Source of the DNA: a virus | Taxonomy: Duplodnaviria > Caudoviricetes | IMG/VR virus record: IMGVR_UViG_3300033405_000003 | DNA length: 64,000 nucleotides | Reading direction: 5' to 3' (one strand) | In this document: positions 28,030 through 37,512 of the stretch, piece after piece | Layout of the letters: each line of letters opens with the position of its first letter | How positions within the stretch are numbered: position 1 is the first letter of the stretch | Made by a program: the position numbers and the translations under genes | The notes under the pieces: model-generated | Told to the model about the DNA's origin: nothing | What the model saw: the letters and a program-made list of their open reading frames with translations, nothing else | The model's database searches: none

Positions 28030-28896
28030 GTGCAAATCGAGGCTTTTCATCCGATCGGGCAGAACGGTGCTCGCGTCTCCTACGAGTTGAAGGACGTTCT
28101 CGTCAGCATCAAGGACATCGGACTCGCGTACGGTGGCAGGCCCATCCTCGCGAACCTCTCGGCGGAGGTTCGCGACATCGTTCGACCGGGTTGCGTGACG
28201 GGGCAGGTCGTCGGCATCCTCGGACCGTCGGGTGTTGGCAAGACGCAGCTCTCGCGCATCATGACGGGCTTGCAGGAGCCGACGTCTGGCGAGATCCGCG
28301 TCGGAGCCGGTGACAAGAGCGAGAGAGTGCACGCGGGGCTCGTCGGCTACGTCGCGCAAAAATATCCGCTCCTTCGACACCGCACGGTGCTCGGCAATCT
28401 CGTCACAGCATCGAGACGCGCGGGCGCAAGTGCGGCGGAGGCGAAGGACAAGTCGATGGACTTCCTCAAGCGCTTCGACCTCTCGGACAAATGGGATAGC
28501 TACCCGGCGGAGCTTTCTGGCGGCCAGCAGCAGCGCGTCGCCATCGCGCAGCAGCTCCTCTGCTCGGAGCACTTCCTCATCCTCGACGAGCCGACGACGG
28601 GGCTCGACCCGCTCATGAAGGACAAGGTCTGCGCCCTCGTCCGGCAGGTTGCTTCGATCTCGGAGGAGAACACGATCTTCGTCGTGACGCACGACATCGC
28701 GGCCATCCTCACGATCGCCGATCATCTGTGGCTCCTCGGGCGCGACCGCGACGCCCAAGGCGCTTCGCTCGGCGCTCGCATCCAGCACCACTACGACCTC
28801 ATCGAGCGCGGGCTCGCATGGCGCGACGACCCGCAGGCGCTGCCGGCGTTCGCGGAGACGATGCGCGAGGTCCGCGCGAGGTTTCAGGAGCTATGA
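28030..28896 (+). CDS. ABC transporter ATP-binding protein
   Basis: GPSGVGKT, LSGGQQQRVAIA, LILDEP, VTHD. Confidence 0.95.
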   Translation: MQIEAFHPIGQNGARVSYELKDVLVSIKDIGLAYGGRPILANLSAEVRDIVRPGCVTGQVVGILGPSGVGKTQLSRIMTGLQEPTSGEIRVGAGDKSERVHAGLVGYVAQKYPLLRHRTVLGNLVTASRRAGASAAEAKDKSMDFLKRFDLSDKWDSYPAELSGGQQQRVAIAQQLLCSEHFLILDEPTTGLDPLMKDKVCALVRQVASISEENTIFVVTHDIAAILTIADHLWLLGRDRDAQGASLGARIQHHYDLIERGLAWRDDPQALPAFAETMREVRARFQEL

Positions 28897-29327
28897 GCGA
28901 GCGCACGCAGACCCTCGAGAACGCCGCGTCGCGCGCGCTCCTCGACTTCGTCAAGGATCCGACCGAGGCCAAGGCCAACGCAGCCGACAACGTCGTCTGG
29001 CGCATCGCCGAGGCCGTGGTCGCCAAGGTCGCCGAGAACCTGACGAGCGAGATCGAGGCCGTACGGCGCGTCGCGTGCGCCGAGCCCACCGAGACGATGA
29101 CGAACGCCGTCAAGCGCCTCGCCCGCGAGCGGGACGCCATCCACAAGAAGTACAGGAAGGCCCAGGAGGCCTGGGAGGAGGAGCGGCAGAAGACGGAGGT
29201 CGTCATCGAGGCCGCGTACGAGTTCGCGGACTCCCTTTCGGACGAGCACTCCTGCAAGCGCGACGGGGACGAGTGCCCGAGGTGCCGGCTCGTCTACGCG
29301 CTCGGCGATCTCGAGGAGGAACCATGA
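28893..29327 (+). CDS. Hypothetical coiled-coil protein
   Basis: ATGA coupling. Confidence 0.6.
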   Translation: MSERTQTLENAASRALLDFVKDPTEAKANAADNVVWRIAEAVVAKVAENLTSEIEAVRRVACAEPTETMTNAVKRLARERDAIHKKYRKAQEAWEEERQKTEVVIEAAYEFADSLSDEHSCKRDGDECPRCRLVYALGDLEEEP

Positions 29328-29578
29328 CTGAACGCGGAGCTACGAGCGGCGTCAACCTCCATGAGTGGGAACGGATCGAGGACGTGGAGAACGTCCCCTT
29401 CACCGCGCCAGACGCGCCCGACATGATCGCGTCGTGGCGGTGCAAGAAATGCAACTGGACGGTCCACCAGCCCGTCGAGATTGGCGAGCCCCCACCGCCG
29501 GACAAGAGGCTCTACCGCAAGCTCCCGGGCCGACCCGAGGAGTGGTACAGTTGTGACGAAATTCGAGGATTGAAATGA
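29324..29578 (+). CDS. Hypothetical protein
   Basis: GAGGAGG SD. Confidence 0.55.
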   Translation: MTERGATSGVNLHEWERIEDVENVPFTAPDAPDMIASWRCKKCNWTVHQPVEIGEPPPPDKRLYRKLPGRPEEWYSCDEIRGLK

Positions 29579-29769
29579 GTGCGCGGAGGGAGCAGCAGCT
29601 CGTCGACATCTGCTTCACGTGCGTCCTCACGGTCCTCGACCCGGAGTACGTCGAGGGGTTCGCCAAGATGACGCAGGAAGAGAAGGCCGCCTGGGTCGCG
29701 AGACAGCTCCGCTCGTGCGGGTTCGACACCGAGCCCGTCGGGGCGTCCTGGGGAGTTCTCAAATCGTGA
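29575..29769 (+). CDS. Phage-type hypothetical protein
   Basis: AWVARQLRSCGFDTEPVGASWGVL. Confidence 0.65.
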   Translation: MSARREQQLVDICFTCVLTVLDPEYVEGFAKMTQEEKAAWVARQLRSCGFDTEPVGASWGVLKS

Positions 29770-29791
29770 TGATCGCCCTACGTCGAGGACC

Positions 29792-30123
29792 ATGCTGAGC
29801 GACCTCAAGGCCGTCGAGGCCGTGCTCGCGCGCGCCGCGTGCCCCGAGGACGTGTTCGGGCAGCTCGCCGGCGACAAGCTCGCGGCCCTCAGGAAGGCCT
29901 ACCACCGCATCGCGCTCATCGTGCACCCGGACAAGTACGACGGGGAGGCCGAGGCGGCGGCTCTCGCCGCAGAGGTCTTCGGCAAGCTCTCCGACTGGCG
30001 GGCGAAGGCCGAGTCGAAGATCAACGGGAAGACTTACGGCGACAACAAGCCGCACGACCCGCCGCCCGCGCGGCCCAGGATGGCCCCGCAGGTCATCCAG
30101 ACCCCGAAGCGCAAGTACGTCGT
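29792..30123 (+). pseudogene. J-domain protein truncated at rearrangement junction
   Basis: LRKAYHRIALIVHPDKY (HPD); codon bias lost after ~30123. Confidence 0.75.
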
Positions 30124-30459
30124 GTCATCCGCCGAGAGGTTGTCCCACTCCCAGCCATCGGTCGGCATCGGACCCGCCCCGTGGCGCGTGCAGTACGACC
30201 TGAGGACGCCGAGCCGCTCGGCGCGGCGCCTGTACCCCGCGGAGGTAAGAAGCTTCTCCGCGTTCTCGAACGTGCACGTGCTCCAGGTCGTGTGGGGGTG
30301 GAAGCCCCACCACTCGTCCAGGAGGACCCCCTGCGCGCCCTCGAAGACGACGTGGCCGCTCCCCGCAAGCTCGCGCGCGAGGAAGGTCTCGTCGACGATG
30401 TTCGCCCGCGCCGCGAAGTCCTCGTAGGCGGCGATGACGTCATCCACGACCGAGTGGTC
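30124..30459 (-). pseudogene. purA: Inverted middle fragment of adenylosuccinate synthetase-like gene
   Basis: VVFEGAQGVLLDEWWGFHPHTTWS, RSYCTRHGAGPMPT on minus strand. Confidence 0.85.
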
Positions 30460-30861
30460 CACAACAAGACCGGCCCGTGGCAGGAGAACTTCCGCTCGGG
30501 CCCGCTGGACCTCGTGCTCGCCCGCTACGCACTCGGCGTCATCGGCTGGTGCGACGGGCTTGCGGTCACGCACGTCGACAAGTTCGTCTCGAGGGGCGTG
30601 ATGCCTGTGTGCTGGGAGTACCGGCACGGGGGCCGCGTCTTGAAGGACCTCGAGAGGACGATCCCGAACGACCTTCGCGCCCAGGAGGCGCTCGGGCGCA
30701 TACTGTGGGAAGTCGAGCCCATCCTCGAGATGACGAAGGCCGGCGTGCGCGCCGAGCACGCGCTCGTGATCGGCGAGGCCCTCGGGACCCCCGTCGCGCT
30801 CACGTCGGGCGGCAAGACCGCGTCGTCGAAGACGGAAGTGCGGCGCCTGGTAGAATCATAG
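30460..30861 (+). pseudogene. purA: C-terminal fragment of adenylosuccinate synthetase-like gene
   Basis: HNKTGPWQENFRSGPLD...LAVTHVD...LGTPVALTSGG. Confidence 0.8.
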
Positions 30862-30864
30862 GCG

Positions 30865-31458
30865 ATGAGCCGGCTCGGCCTCACCCACCACGCCATCGAG
30901 CAGTTCGCCTCCCGCTGGCGCTCGGGGGTGCCGGAGGCCGAGGTCGAGGCCGAGCTTCAGGCCGTCGTCCAGGGCGCGGCTGCCACCCGCCGGCGGACGC
31001 TGAGCGGCGACGCCCGCATCTACGTGGCGTCCACCGCGCGCGGCGAGGAGATCGACCTCGTCGTCCGCGACACCGCCGTCATCACGGTCCTCTCGAGCGA
31101 CCACAAGAAAAGAGGGATCGCGGACCGCGCGATCGACTCGATCGATCTCGAGATCTACGAGGAGCACTTGGCCGATCTCCGCGCCACCCAGGCCATGACG
31201 AGCGATGGGCAGAAAGGACGCGAAGAGAAGAACGCCGACTCCCGGGCGCCCGGACAAAAAATCGCCAGGAAGCAGCGCACCCTGTCGAGCACCTGGGAGA
31301 ACCGGAAGAACCAGGCGAGGAAGGTCATCTCCGATTGGAGGAGCGGGCACAAGTTCACGAACAAAGCGCTCAAGAAGGCCCACGAGGTGCTCGATCTCGA
31401 GTTCGGGCCGGAAGGGAGGACGGACCATGGGGACGCGGACCGCGAGGATCAGTCGTAG
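30865..31458 (+). CDS. Hypothetical protein
   Basis: LTHHAIEQFASR...VITVL. Confidence 0.65.
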   Translation: MSRLGLTHHAIEQFASRWRSGVPEAEVEAELQAVVQGAAATRRRTLSGDARIYVASTARGEEIDLVVRDTAVITVLSSDHKKRGIADRAIDSIDLEIYEEHLADLRATQAMTSDGQKGREEKNADSRAPGQKIARKQRTLSSTWENRKNQARKVISDWRSGHKFTNKALKKAHEVLDLEFGPEGRTDHGDADREDQS

Positions 31459-31570
31459 GCTCTTCTGGAGGATCGCGGCGCTGCCGAGCCGGCTCGTGCT
31501 CGGCCCGATCTGGCGCAAGCTCATCACGTCGTGATTGCGTGCCGTCAGTCCGACGGTGTACGCTTCGCGC

Positions 31571-31840
31571 ATGTCCCTCCAGCCCGACACGTGCGCGTAC
31601 TGCGCGTCGACCATGACGATGACCCAGCAGGCGTTCGAGAAGAAGCTCCCGCCGCCCGAGGCGATCCGGAACGGCCTGCTCCTCGGGGTCGTCCTCGGCG
31701 AGCACGGCGGCGAGAACCCGGCATGCGACTACTGCCGCGAGTTCCTCGAGAGCGTCCGCAACCAGGCGGCGCAGTTCCAGGCGATGCAGGAGGCCGAGGA
31801 GGCGGGGGACGCGGCCCAGGAGCCCGCCCCGCAGACATGA
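31571..31840 (+). CDS. Hypothetical protein
   Basis: CAYC...CDYC. Confidence 0.55.
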   Translation: MSLQPDTCAYCASTMTMTQQAFEKKLPPPEAIRNGLLLGVVLGEHGGENPACDYCREFLESVRNQAAQFQAMQEAEEAGDAAQEPAPQT

Positions 31841-31867
31841 CGCCGCGCAAGGGTTAAGCTGGGAGCC

Positions 31868-32098
31868 ATGTCGAACTTCGGACCTCCCCAGATCTTCCCG
31901 CCCGTGCCCATCAACGAGCCGGGCGCCCCCGGCAGCATCGCCGCGCCCGCGACCGAGGACGGCCTCCCCGTCTTCGTCCCCCAGGACATCGCGCCCGCGC
32001 TCGCCTCGAAGACGACCGTACCACTCGGGCCGCCGTCGCCCGCCGACCCGGTGTTCGCGCCGCCGATCGTGCTCGAGGTCGACCCGGAGACGCTCTGA
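31868..32098 (+). CDS. Small Pro-rich protein
   Basis: GC3 bias; -10-like TAAGCT 7 nt upstream. Confidence 0.55.
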   Translation: MSNFGPPQIFPPVPINEPGAPGSIAAPATEDGLPVFVPQDIAPALASKTTVPLGPPSPADPVFAPPIVLEVDPETL

Positions 32099-32163
32099 TG
32101 CCCGGGTCGATCAACGGCAGGCTTGTCGCCCAGTTCCCGACGAACGGCAAGAAAGAGGAAGAG

Positions 32164-32720
32164 ATGACCATCGGTCGCGACCCCTACAGGACTGCTCCCC
32201 CGAGGCCCGTCGGCGTCGAGGACATATCGGTGCCGCCGAGCGCGCTCGAGCCGGTCAAGACCATGAGCGAGGAGGCCAAGCGCGCCTCCGTCCTCGACAT
32301 CGACGACGACTGGCCCGCGAGCGTCTCGCGCGACACGCCCGACAAGCTCTCGGCCGAGACGAGGGCGCACACGTTCTTCGTCCGGACCAAGAGGCCCGGT
32401 CTCATGGCGAACATCGACGTGCTCGGGTTCATCGCCAAGTGCCCCGACGTCGGCGACGGGCAGGGCGTCACCGTGCACCGCGACGTGATCCAGTCGCTCG
32501 CGTACTCGCGTACCACCTGCTCGACAAGGTCCACGAGCTGGAGGAGCTTCGCGCGAAGAAGGCCGGGGAGGCGGGCAAAGCCGAGCCGCGCTACGACGAG
32601 AGGCTCTCGAGGGCGCTCGACCAGCTCGGCGACAGGGACGCGGAGATCAAGGAGCTGCGCGCCGCGCTCGGCGAGTCGGCCGTCAAGATCCGGCGACTCG
32701 AGAGCAAGCTCTACAAGTGA
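32164..32720 (+). pseudogene. Hypothetical gene frameshifted by 8-bp duplication
   Basis: CTCGCGTA x2 at 32497-32512; removing one copy gives QSLAYHLLDKVHEL... Confidence 0.7.
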
Positions 32721-32727
32721 CCCGCGG

Positions 32728-33024
32728 TCAGCGCCGCTGCCAGGGCAGGTAACCCGCGAGGCGGTCGCCGAACTGGTTCATCGCGCGCTGGCGCGCCTCG
32801 CACGGCGTGCACGGCTGGATGCCGACGGCCTTCGTCACGCGCGCGACCGCGTCCCCGAGCGGGAGGCGGCTCCGGAACTGGGCCTGGTACTGCCGCGTGA
32901 GGCCGAGCGCGTCCTCGGGCGAAAGCTCGAGCCGCGCGCCGTGCTCGTCCACGGCGTAGGCCGGCGCCGTCGCCATCCCGTACCCGTCGTCGAGGATACT
33001 CCCGTCGGGAGCGACGTAGAGCAT
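32728..33024 (-). CDS. Hypothetical protein
   Basis: LGDAVARVTKAVGIQPCTPCEARQRAMN. Confidence 0.65.
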   Translation of the reverse strand: MLYVAPDGSILDDGYGMATAPAYAVDEHGARLELSPEDALGLTRQYQAQFRSRLPLGDAVARVTKAVGIQPCTPCEARQRAMNQFGDRLAGYLPWQRR

Positions 33025-33038
33025 TTCTCAAAATCCCT

Positions 33039-33611
33039 TCATGATGGCGTCACCTCGACCCTCTTGACCTTCCTCACGAGCAGGTACCCGACGACGCCGA
33101 GCCCGGCGAGCAGGGAGGCCGCGACCACGGCCCCGCCGACCTTCGAGGCCGTGGAGCGGAACGCGAAGAGTTCCTTGAGCGTGCTCTCGCCCGTGTCGAG
33201 CATCCCCTTGCCGATGGGGAAGAGCTTGTCCGCGTAGTGCTGGAGGCTCGCCGCCGGCGTCTTGCTGCAGATGGTGCAGCCCCAAGGCGAGCCCGCGACG
33301 GCGCGGAGCGTCTCGTCGGGCGGCGCGCTGCGCTTGAGGGCTGCCGTGATGGCGCTCATGTTCGACTGCGCGAGCGTCCTCGCGGTCGCCTCGATCCCCT
33401 GGTCCCAGCTCGAGTATGCCTGCACGCCGACCGGCGTCACGGGGTGGCTGCCGGGGAGCTTCAGCGTCGTGTTGATGGGGTTGTAGGCGGCGGCGTTCGC
33501 CATGTGCCCGCCCTCGTTCGCCTGGAACGCGACGAGCGCGGCCACGTTATTCGCGCTCTCCGGGAGCCCGAGCCGCGCGAGGACCGCGTGCGCGAAGTCG
33601 GACGGGGTCAC
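33039..33611 (-). CDS. Lysozyme-like protein with C-terminal TM
   Basis: QANEGG...YNPINTT...VQAYSSWDQGIEATARTL...SPW. Confidence 0.6.
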   Translation of the reverse strand: MTPSDFAHAVLARLGLPESANNVAALVAFQANEGGHMANAAAYNPINTTLKLPGSHPVTPVGVQAYSSWDQGIEATARTLAQSNMSAITAALKRSAPPDETLRAVAGSPWGCTICSKTPAASLQHYADKLFPIGKGMLDTGESTLKELFAFRSTASKVGGAVVAASLLAGLGVVGYLLVRKVKRVEVTPS

Positions 33612-33612
33612 G

Positions 33613-34113
33613 TCACACCCCCGCGGCGTGGGCGGCCTGCGCCGTAATCGCGCCGCGCTCGCGGGCGGGGCCGATGAGCGCGAGGGCCTTGTTGTACTCG
33701 CGGTTCGTGAGCGCCGGCCCGAACGGCGAGCGCCGCCGCTGCTGCACGACCCGCGTCGCAGTCCTGCCGTCGCAGCCGGTCATGCGCGCGAAGGTGAGCG
33801 CCGCGACGAAGCCGGATCGGTTCCGGCCCTGCATGCACGTGACGAGCACGCCCTTGTGCCTCCGGAGCGCGGTCGTGAGAGCCTCGGAGGCCGCGATCGA
33901 TCGCGCGATCTGCGCGTGGGTGAGCGGCGAGCCGTCGTCGATGAGCGGCACCCGGACGACGTACATCCCGGGGAACGCCTCGTGCGGCGGTTGGTGCTCC
34001 TCCGCGCAGAGCGCGAGCACGGAGAACCCGGTGCTGGCGAGCGTGTGGCCGGTGGGCGGGGCGCTCCCCACCCAGAGGCCGTCGCAGATGAAGCTGGCGT
34101 CGATGGTCCGCAT
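33613..34113 (-). CDS. Dual-specificity/tyrosine phosphatase
   Basis: VLVTCMQGRNRSG (CX5R), LWVGS, PLIDD. Confidence 0.85.
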   Translation of the reverse strand: MRTIDASFICDGLWVGSAPPTGHTLASTGFSVLALCAEEHQPPHEAFPGMYVVRVPLIDDGSPLTHAQIARSIAASEALTTALRRHKGVLVTCMQGRNRSGFVAALTFARMTGCDGRTATRVVQQRRRSPFGPALTNREYNKALALIGPARERGAITAQAAHAAGV

Positions 34114-34116
34114 CGC

Positions 34117-34311
34117 TCAGACCACCTTGTCGACCTTGTCGGCGGCCGATTCGAGGATCTTCGCGATCTTCTCCCAGGGGCGGCCCGCGCCCGGGTCCTG
34201 CCAGGCGCTCTCCAGCTCGCTCGCCGCCTCGTAGTAGGTCGCAGCCGCGTTGCGGAGGATCCGCGCCACCTTGTCCGGGTGGTCGACGTCGAGGTCGAGG
34301 TCCCTCGGCAT
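34117..34311 (-). CDS. Hypothetical protein
   Basis: Coupled in operon. Confidence 0.6.
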   Translation of the reverse strand: MPRDLDLDVDHPDKVARILRNAAATYYEAASELESAWQDPGAGRPWEKIAKILESAADKVDKVV

Positions 34312-34460
34312 CAGCGGCTCCGGCGGTGCTTAGCCTTGCGCTTGTGGCCGCCGCTGGCGCGCCTGAGCGCCTCGCCGGCGCGGTGGTACTCGCGTTTGGC
34401 TGCCGTGTAGGCCGCGCGGAGCGAGCCGTGGTGGCGACGGGTCTTGCGTTTCTTTGCCAT
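34311..34460 (-). CDS. Small highly basic protein
   Basis: AAGGAG SD; 49-aa Arg/Lys/His-rich ORF below ORF-track cut-off. Confidence 0.6.
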   Translation of the reverse strand: MAKKRKTRRHHGSLRAAYTAAKREYHRAGEALRRASGGHKRKAKHRRSR

Positions 34461-34491
34461 GATCTTCTTCTCCTTCTTCATGCGCGCGGCG

Positions 34492-35382
34492 TCAAGACGT
34501 CGCGTTCTTCGTGGCCCCGTTCGGGGCCGAGACGTTCACGGCCGGCTGCGGCTGCGACTGCTGCATCACTTGCGTCGCGGTCTCGGGCGCGGCCTGGACC
34601 ACTGGCGCCTGCGACGGCGGCGGGACGTACGCGCCGGGCGGGACGCCGTACGCAGCCTGGGCCGGAGCTGCGCCCGGCACGTACGGGGGGACGTACGCGC
34701 CGCCTTGCTGCGGCTGCTGCATCGGTTGGTTCGGCTGGTTCGACATAGGACCGAGCGGCATGGGCTGCGCCCGAAGGAGCGCTGCTGCGGCCTGCTTCGG
34801 GTCGCGGTAGTCGACGGGGCCTTGCGGCATCTCGGGCAGTGGTTGCTGCTGCTGCGGCTGCGCATACTGCCCTCCTCGCTGCTGCTCGGCGGGGCCCGGC
34901 CCGTAGGCTCCGCCTCCGGGCTGCGGGTAGGAGCCCTGCTGCGGGTATCCCGGCTGCTGCGGGTATTGGCCCGGTTGCTGCGGGTACTGCTGCTGCGGGT
35001 AGCCCGGCCCGAGCTGCGGCGGCGGGCGGCGCATCGGAGCCCTCGGTCCGCGGCCCATGAGGAACCGCTTCAGCTCGTCCTGCCAGTCAAGCTCGCCCTT
35101 CATGATGTTCTCGAGGTTCTGCTTCTTGGCCTCCCCCTTCGCGAAGAGGATGGCGAGGTGCTCGCCCATGGCGGGAGGGAGCTGCTCGCCCTCGAACGCC
35201 AGCGCGAGGTCGCCGAGGCCCGCGTCGAGCTTCATGAGCGCCTCCTGCTGGAACATGTAGCGCCTCTCGCTCTGGCCGATGAGCGCCATGAGCAGGCGCG
35301 GCGGGGCGTAGGCGCCCATGTCTTGGCGGCCGAGGCGCGCGTCCATGGGGCGGGGCGGGGGCGGCGGAAAGTTTCGGTTCAT
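34492..35382 (-). CDS. Pro/Gln-rich protein
   Basis: ATGA coupling to radA; YPQQPG repeats. Confidence 0.7.
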   Translation of the reverse strand: MNRNFPPPPPRPMDARLGRQDMGAYAPPRLLMALIGQSERRYMFQQEALMKLDAGLGDLALAFEGEQLPPAMGEHLAILFAKGEAKKQNLENIMKGELDWQDELKRFLMGRGPRAPMRRPPPQLGPGYPQQQYPQQPGQYPQQPGYPQQGSYPQPGGGAYGPGPAEQQRGGQYAQPQQQQPLPEMPQGPVDYRDPKQAAAALLRAQPMPLGPMSNQPNQPMQQPQQGGAYVPPYVPGAAPAQAAYGVPPGAYVPPPSQAPVVQAAPETATQVMQQSQPQPAVNVSAPNGATKNATS

Positions 35383-36935
35383 TGGATCTCGCTCTCGTTC
35401 TCTTCGGCCTCGCGGAGGGGGCTCTTGCGTTTGTCTTTCTTGATTTTCGATTGCTTGGGCTCGGGCGGCACGATCACGAAGCCCTCGAGCAGGTCGAACG
35501 CCTCCTCGAGCGACGTGACGGGATAATACCTCTCGTTGAGGTTCACCTCCTCGTCCGAGAGCGGCATCGCCAGTGCTTGTGACGCCTCGGGCCCGAAGTC
35601 GTAGGACGGGCGCCTGGGGCCCACGATCATGTCGAAGTGCATCGACATCGCGGTCTTGATGCGAGCGTCGATGTACGTGACCGGGCGGACTTCGCCCGCG
35701 AGGCCGACCTCGCCGAAGGCGACAAAGGACGGGGGCAAGGCAGTGCCGAGCGCGAACGACGCGAGGGCGAGCGCTAGCGGCAGATCGAGCGCCGGGTCCT
35801 TCACGTCGTCGAGGCCTCCAGGCAGGTTCACGAAGACCTCGCGGTTCAAGTCCAGGCCGAGCCGCCGCTGGAGGATCGCGATGATCTGCGTCGCGCGCTG
35901 GCTCGAGAGGCCCGTGATCACGCGCTTGTGCTGCGCGCTCGACGCCCCGTTCGAGGAGGACGGGCCGAGGAGCGTCTGGAACTCGACCGCGTACGGGCGC
36001 GGGCCCGTCGCGACGAGGCCAATGCACACGCCCTCCTTGCCGTCCTTGTGGTGCTGCAGGAGCAGCTCGCTCGGGTTCTCGATCGAGCGCAGGCCCTCGC
36101 GGGTCATCCGGAAGAGGGCCATCTCCTCCGTCGAGCCGAAGCGGTTCTTGTTCGCGCGGATGGAGCGGATGTCTCCGAGCCCCTCCTTGTGGAACTCGAG
36201 CGTCGCGTCGACGAGGTGCTCGAGGACCTTCGGGCCCGCGATGGTCCCGTCCTTCGTCACGTGGGCCACGAAGAAACAGCCGATGCCGCGCCGCTTGCAG
36301 AGGTCGCGGAGGTAGAGCGCGCACTCCCGCACCTGCGTCACGGTGCCGGCGGCCCCGTCGACGCCCGGCATCACCATGGTCTGGATGCTGTCCACGATGA
36401 GGATGTCCGGGTCAAGCTCGGCGATCTGCTTGCCGACCTCCGTGACGTCGGACTCGTTGTGGAGGTAGAGCTTCTTCGACTCCCTCGAGAGGCGGACCGC
36501 GCGGCCCTTGATCTGCGAGGTCGTCTCCTCGGCCGAAACGTAGAGGATGACGAGGTCGTCGATCCGCTCGCCCGTCTGGTCGTCCGTCATCGGGGCCACC
36601 GAGAGGTCGATGCAGACCTGGAGGAGCAGCGTGCTCTTGCCGATGCCCGGGTCGCCCGCGATCAGCACCGTCGAGCCCGTGACGATGCCCCCGCCGAGCA
36701 CGCGGTCGAACTCGCGCGTCCCGGTCGAGATGCGCTCGTAGTCGGCCTCCGGCACGTCCGCGAGGAGCTGCGGCTTCTGGCCCGCGCCGATCCAGCGGTT
36801 GCCGGTTGAGGTCACGTCGCCGACCGCGATCGTGCCGGACGCGCCGCAGTGCGGGCAGGACGGGACCCAGTCCGGGCCGACGCCGCGCATGCAGGCCGTG
36901 CAGTGGTGGCCGATGGGTTTGCTCCGGTCGATCAT
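35379..36935 (-). CDS. radA: DNA repair protein RadA/Sms
   Basis: CxxC-CxxC, GDPGIGKST, VDSIQT, KNRFG, GEVGLAGEVRPV. Confidence 0.95.
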   Translation of the reverse strand: MIDRSKPIGHHCTACMRGVGPDWVPSCPHCGASGTIAVGDVTSTGNRWIGAGQKPQLLADVPEADYERISTGTREFDRVLGGGIVTGSTVLIAGDPGIGKSTLLLQVCIDLSVAPMTDDQTGERIDDLVILYVSAEETTSQIKGRAVRLSRESKKLYLHNESDVTEVGKQIAELDPDILIVDSIQTMVMPGVDGAAGTVTQVRECALYLRDLCKRRGIGCFFVAHVTKDGTIAGPKVLEHLVDATLEFHKEGLGDIRSIRANKNRFGSTEEMALFRMTREGLRSIENPSELLLQHHKDGKEGVCIGLVATGPRPYAVEFQTLLGPSSSNGASSAQHKRVITGLSSQRATQIIAILQRRLGLDLNREVFVNLPGGLDDVKDPALDLPLALALASFALGTALPPSFVAFGEVGLAGEVRPVTYIDARIKTAMSMHFDMIVGPRRPSYDFGPEASQALAMPLSDEEVNLNERYYPVTSLEEAFDLLEGFVIVPPEPKQSKIKKDKRKSPLREAEENESEIQ

Positions 36936-36942
36936 GGCGTCG

Positions 36943-37506
36943 TTACTTAACCATCGAATACAGGAGCGCAGTTCCCCCGAGGACGCCGAGCCCCACGAGG
37001 ACGTACTTCGCGATCTTCACCGTCTCCTCGTGCTCCTTCGCGGTCCGGTCGACCTGGTCGAGCGTGCGCGTGGCCCTGTCGCGCACGGCCGCGATGGATC
37101 TCCGCGCCTCCGCCGCCGCCAGCGTCGCCTCGTCGGCGGCCGTGGACGCTTTCTGCGTCACCTCGCCGAACGGCTTGAAGCTCGGCAAGCCGCTCGAGAC
37201 TCCCTGGCTCAAGTTCTTCCACGCGCCCTCCGCCGCGGTTCCGAGCGTCCCGAGCTTCTCCCCGAATTTCTCGGCCCACTCCCGGCCGTATTGCGGCAAG
37301 GAGCCGAGGTCGAGGCCGGCGAACTCCGGCCCGTGGGGCCAGGCGTAGTCGGCGCTCCACCCGGGGTGCTCCGGGCCGTTCCACCACTCGAGCGGCGGTG
37401 GGCCGTCGTGGAGGACGTACCGCTGGGGATCGTACGGGTGCCCGAACGCCCACCCCCACTCGTCAGGGGGCGCGTAGCAGGGATAGGCATAGGGTCCGTA
37501 CATCAT
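36943..37506 (-). CDS. Protein with C-terminal TM
   Basis: YVLVGLGVLGGTALLY. Confidence 0.65.
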   Translation of the reverse strand: MMYGPYAYPCYAPPDEWGWAFGHPYDPQRYVLHDGPPPLEWWNGPEHPGWSADYAWPHGPEFAGLDLGSLPQYGREWAEKFGEKLGTLGTAAEGAWKNLSQGVSSGLPSFKPFGEVTQKASTAADEATLAAAEARRSIAAVRDRATRTLDQVDRTAKEHEETVKIAKYVLVGLGVLGGTALLYSMVK

Positions 37507-37512
37507 GCGCTG

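Noticed and set aside
30034-30861. PurZ / Z-genome pathway or programmed invertible switch
   Set aside because: Diagnostic N-terminus missing, no datZ/mazZ recognised, no recombinase or long inverted repeats
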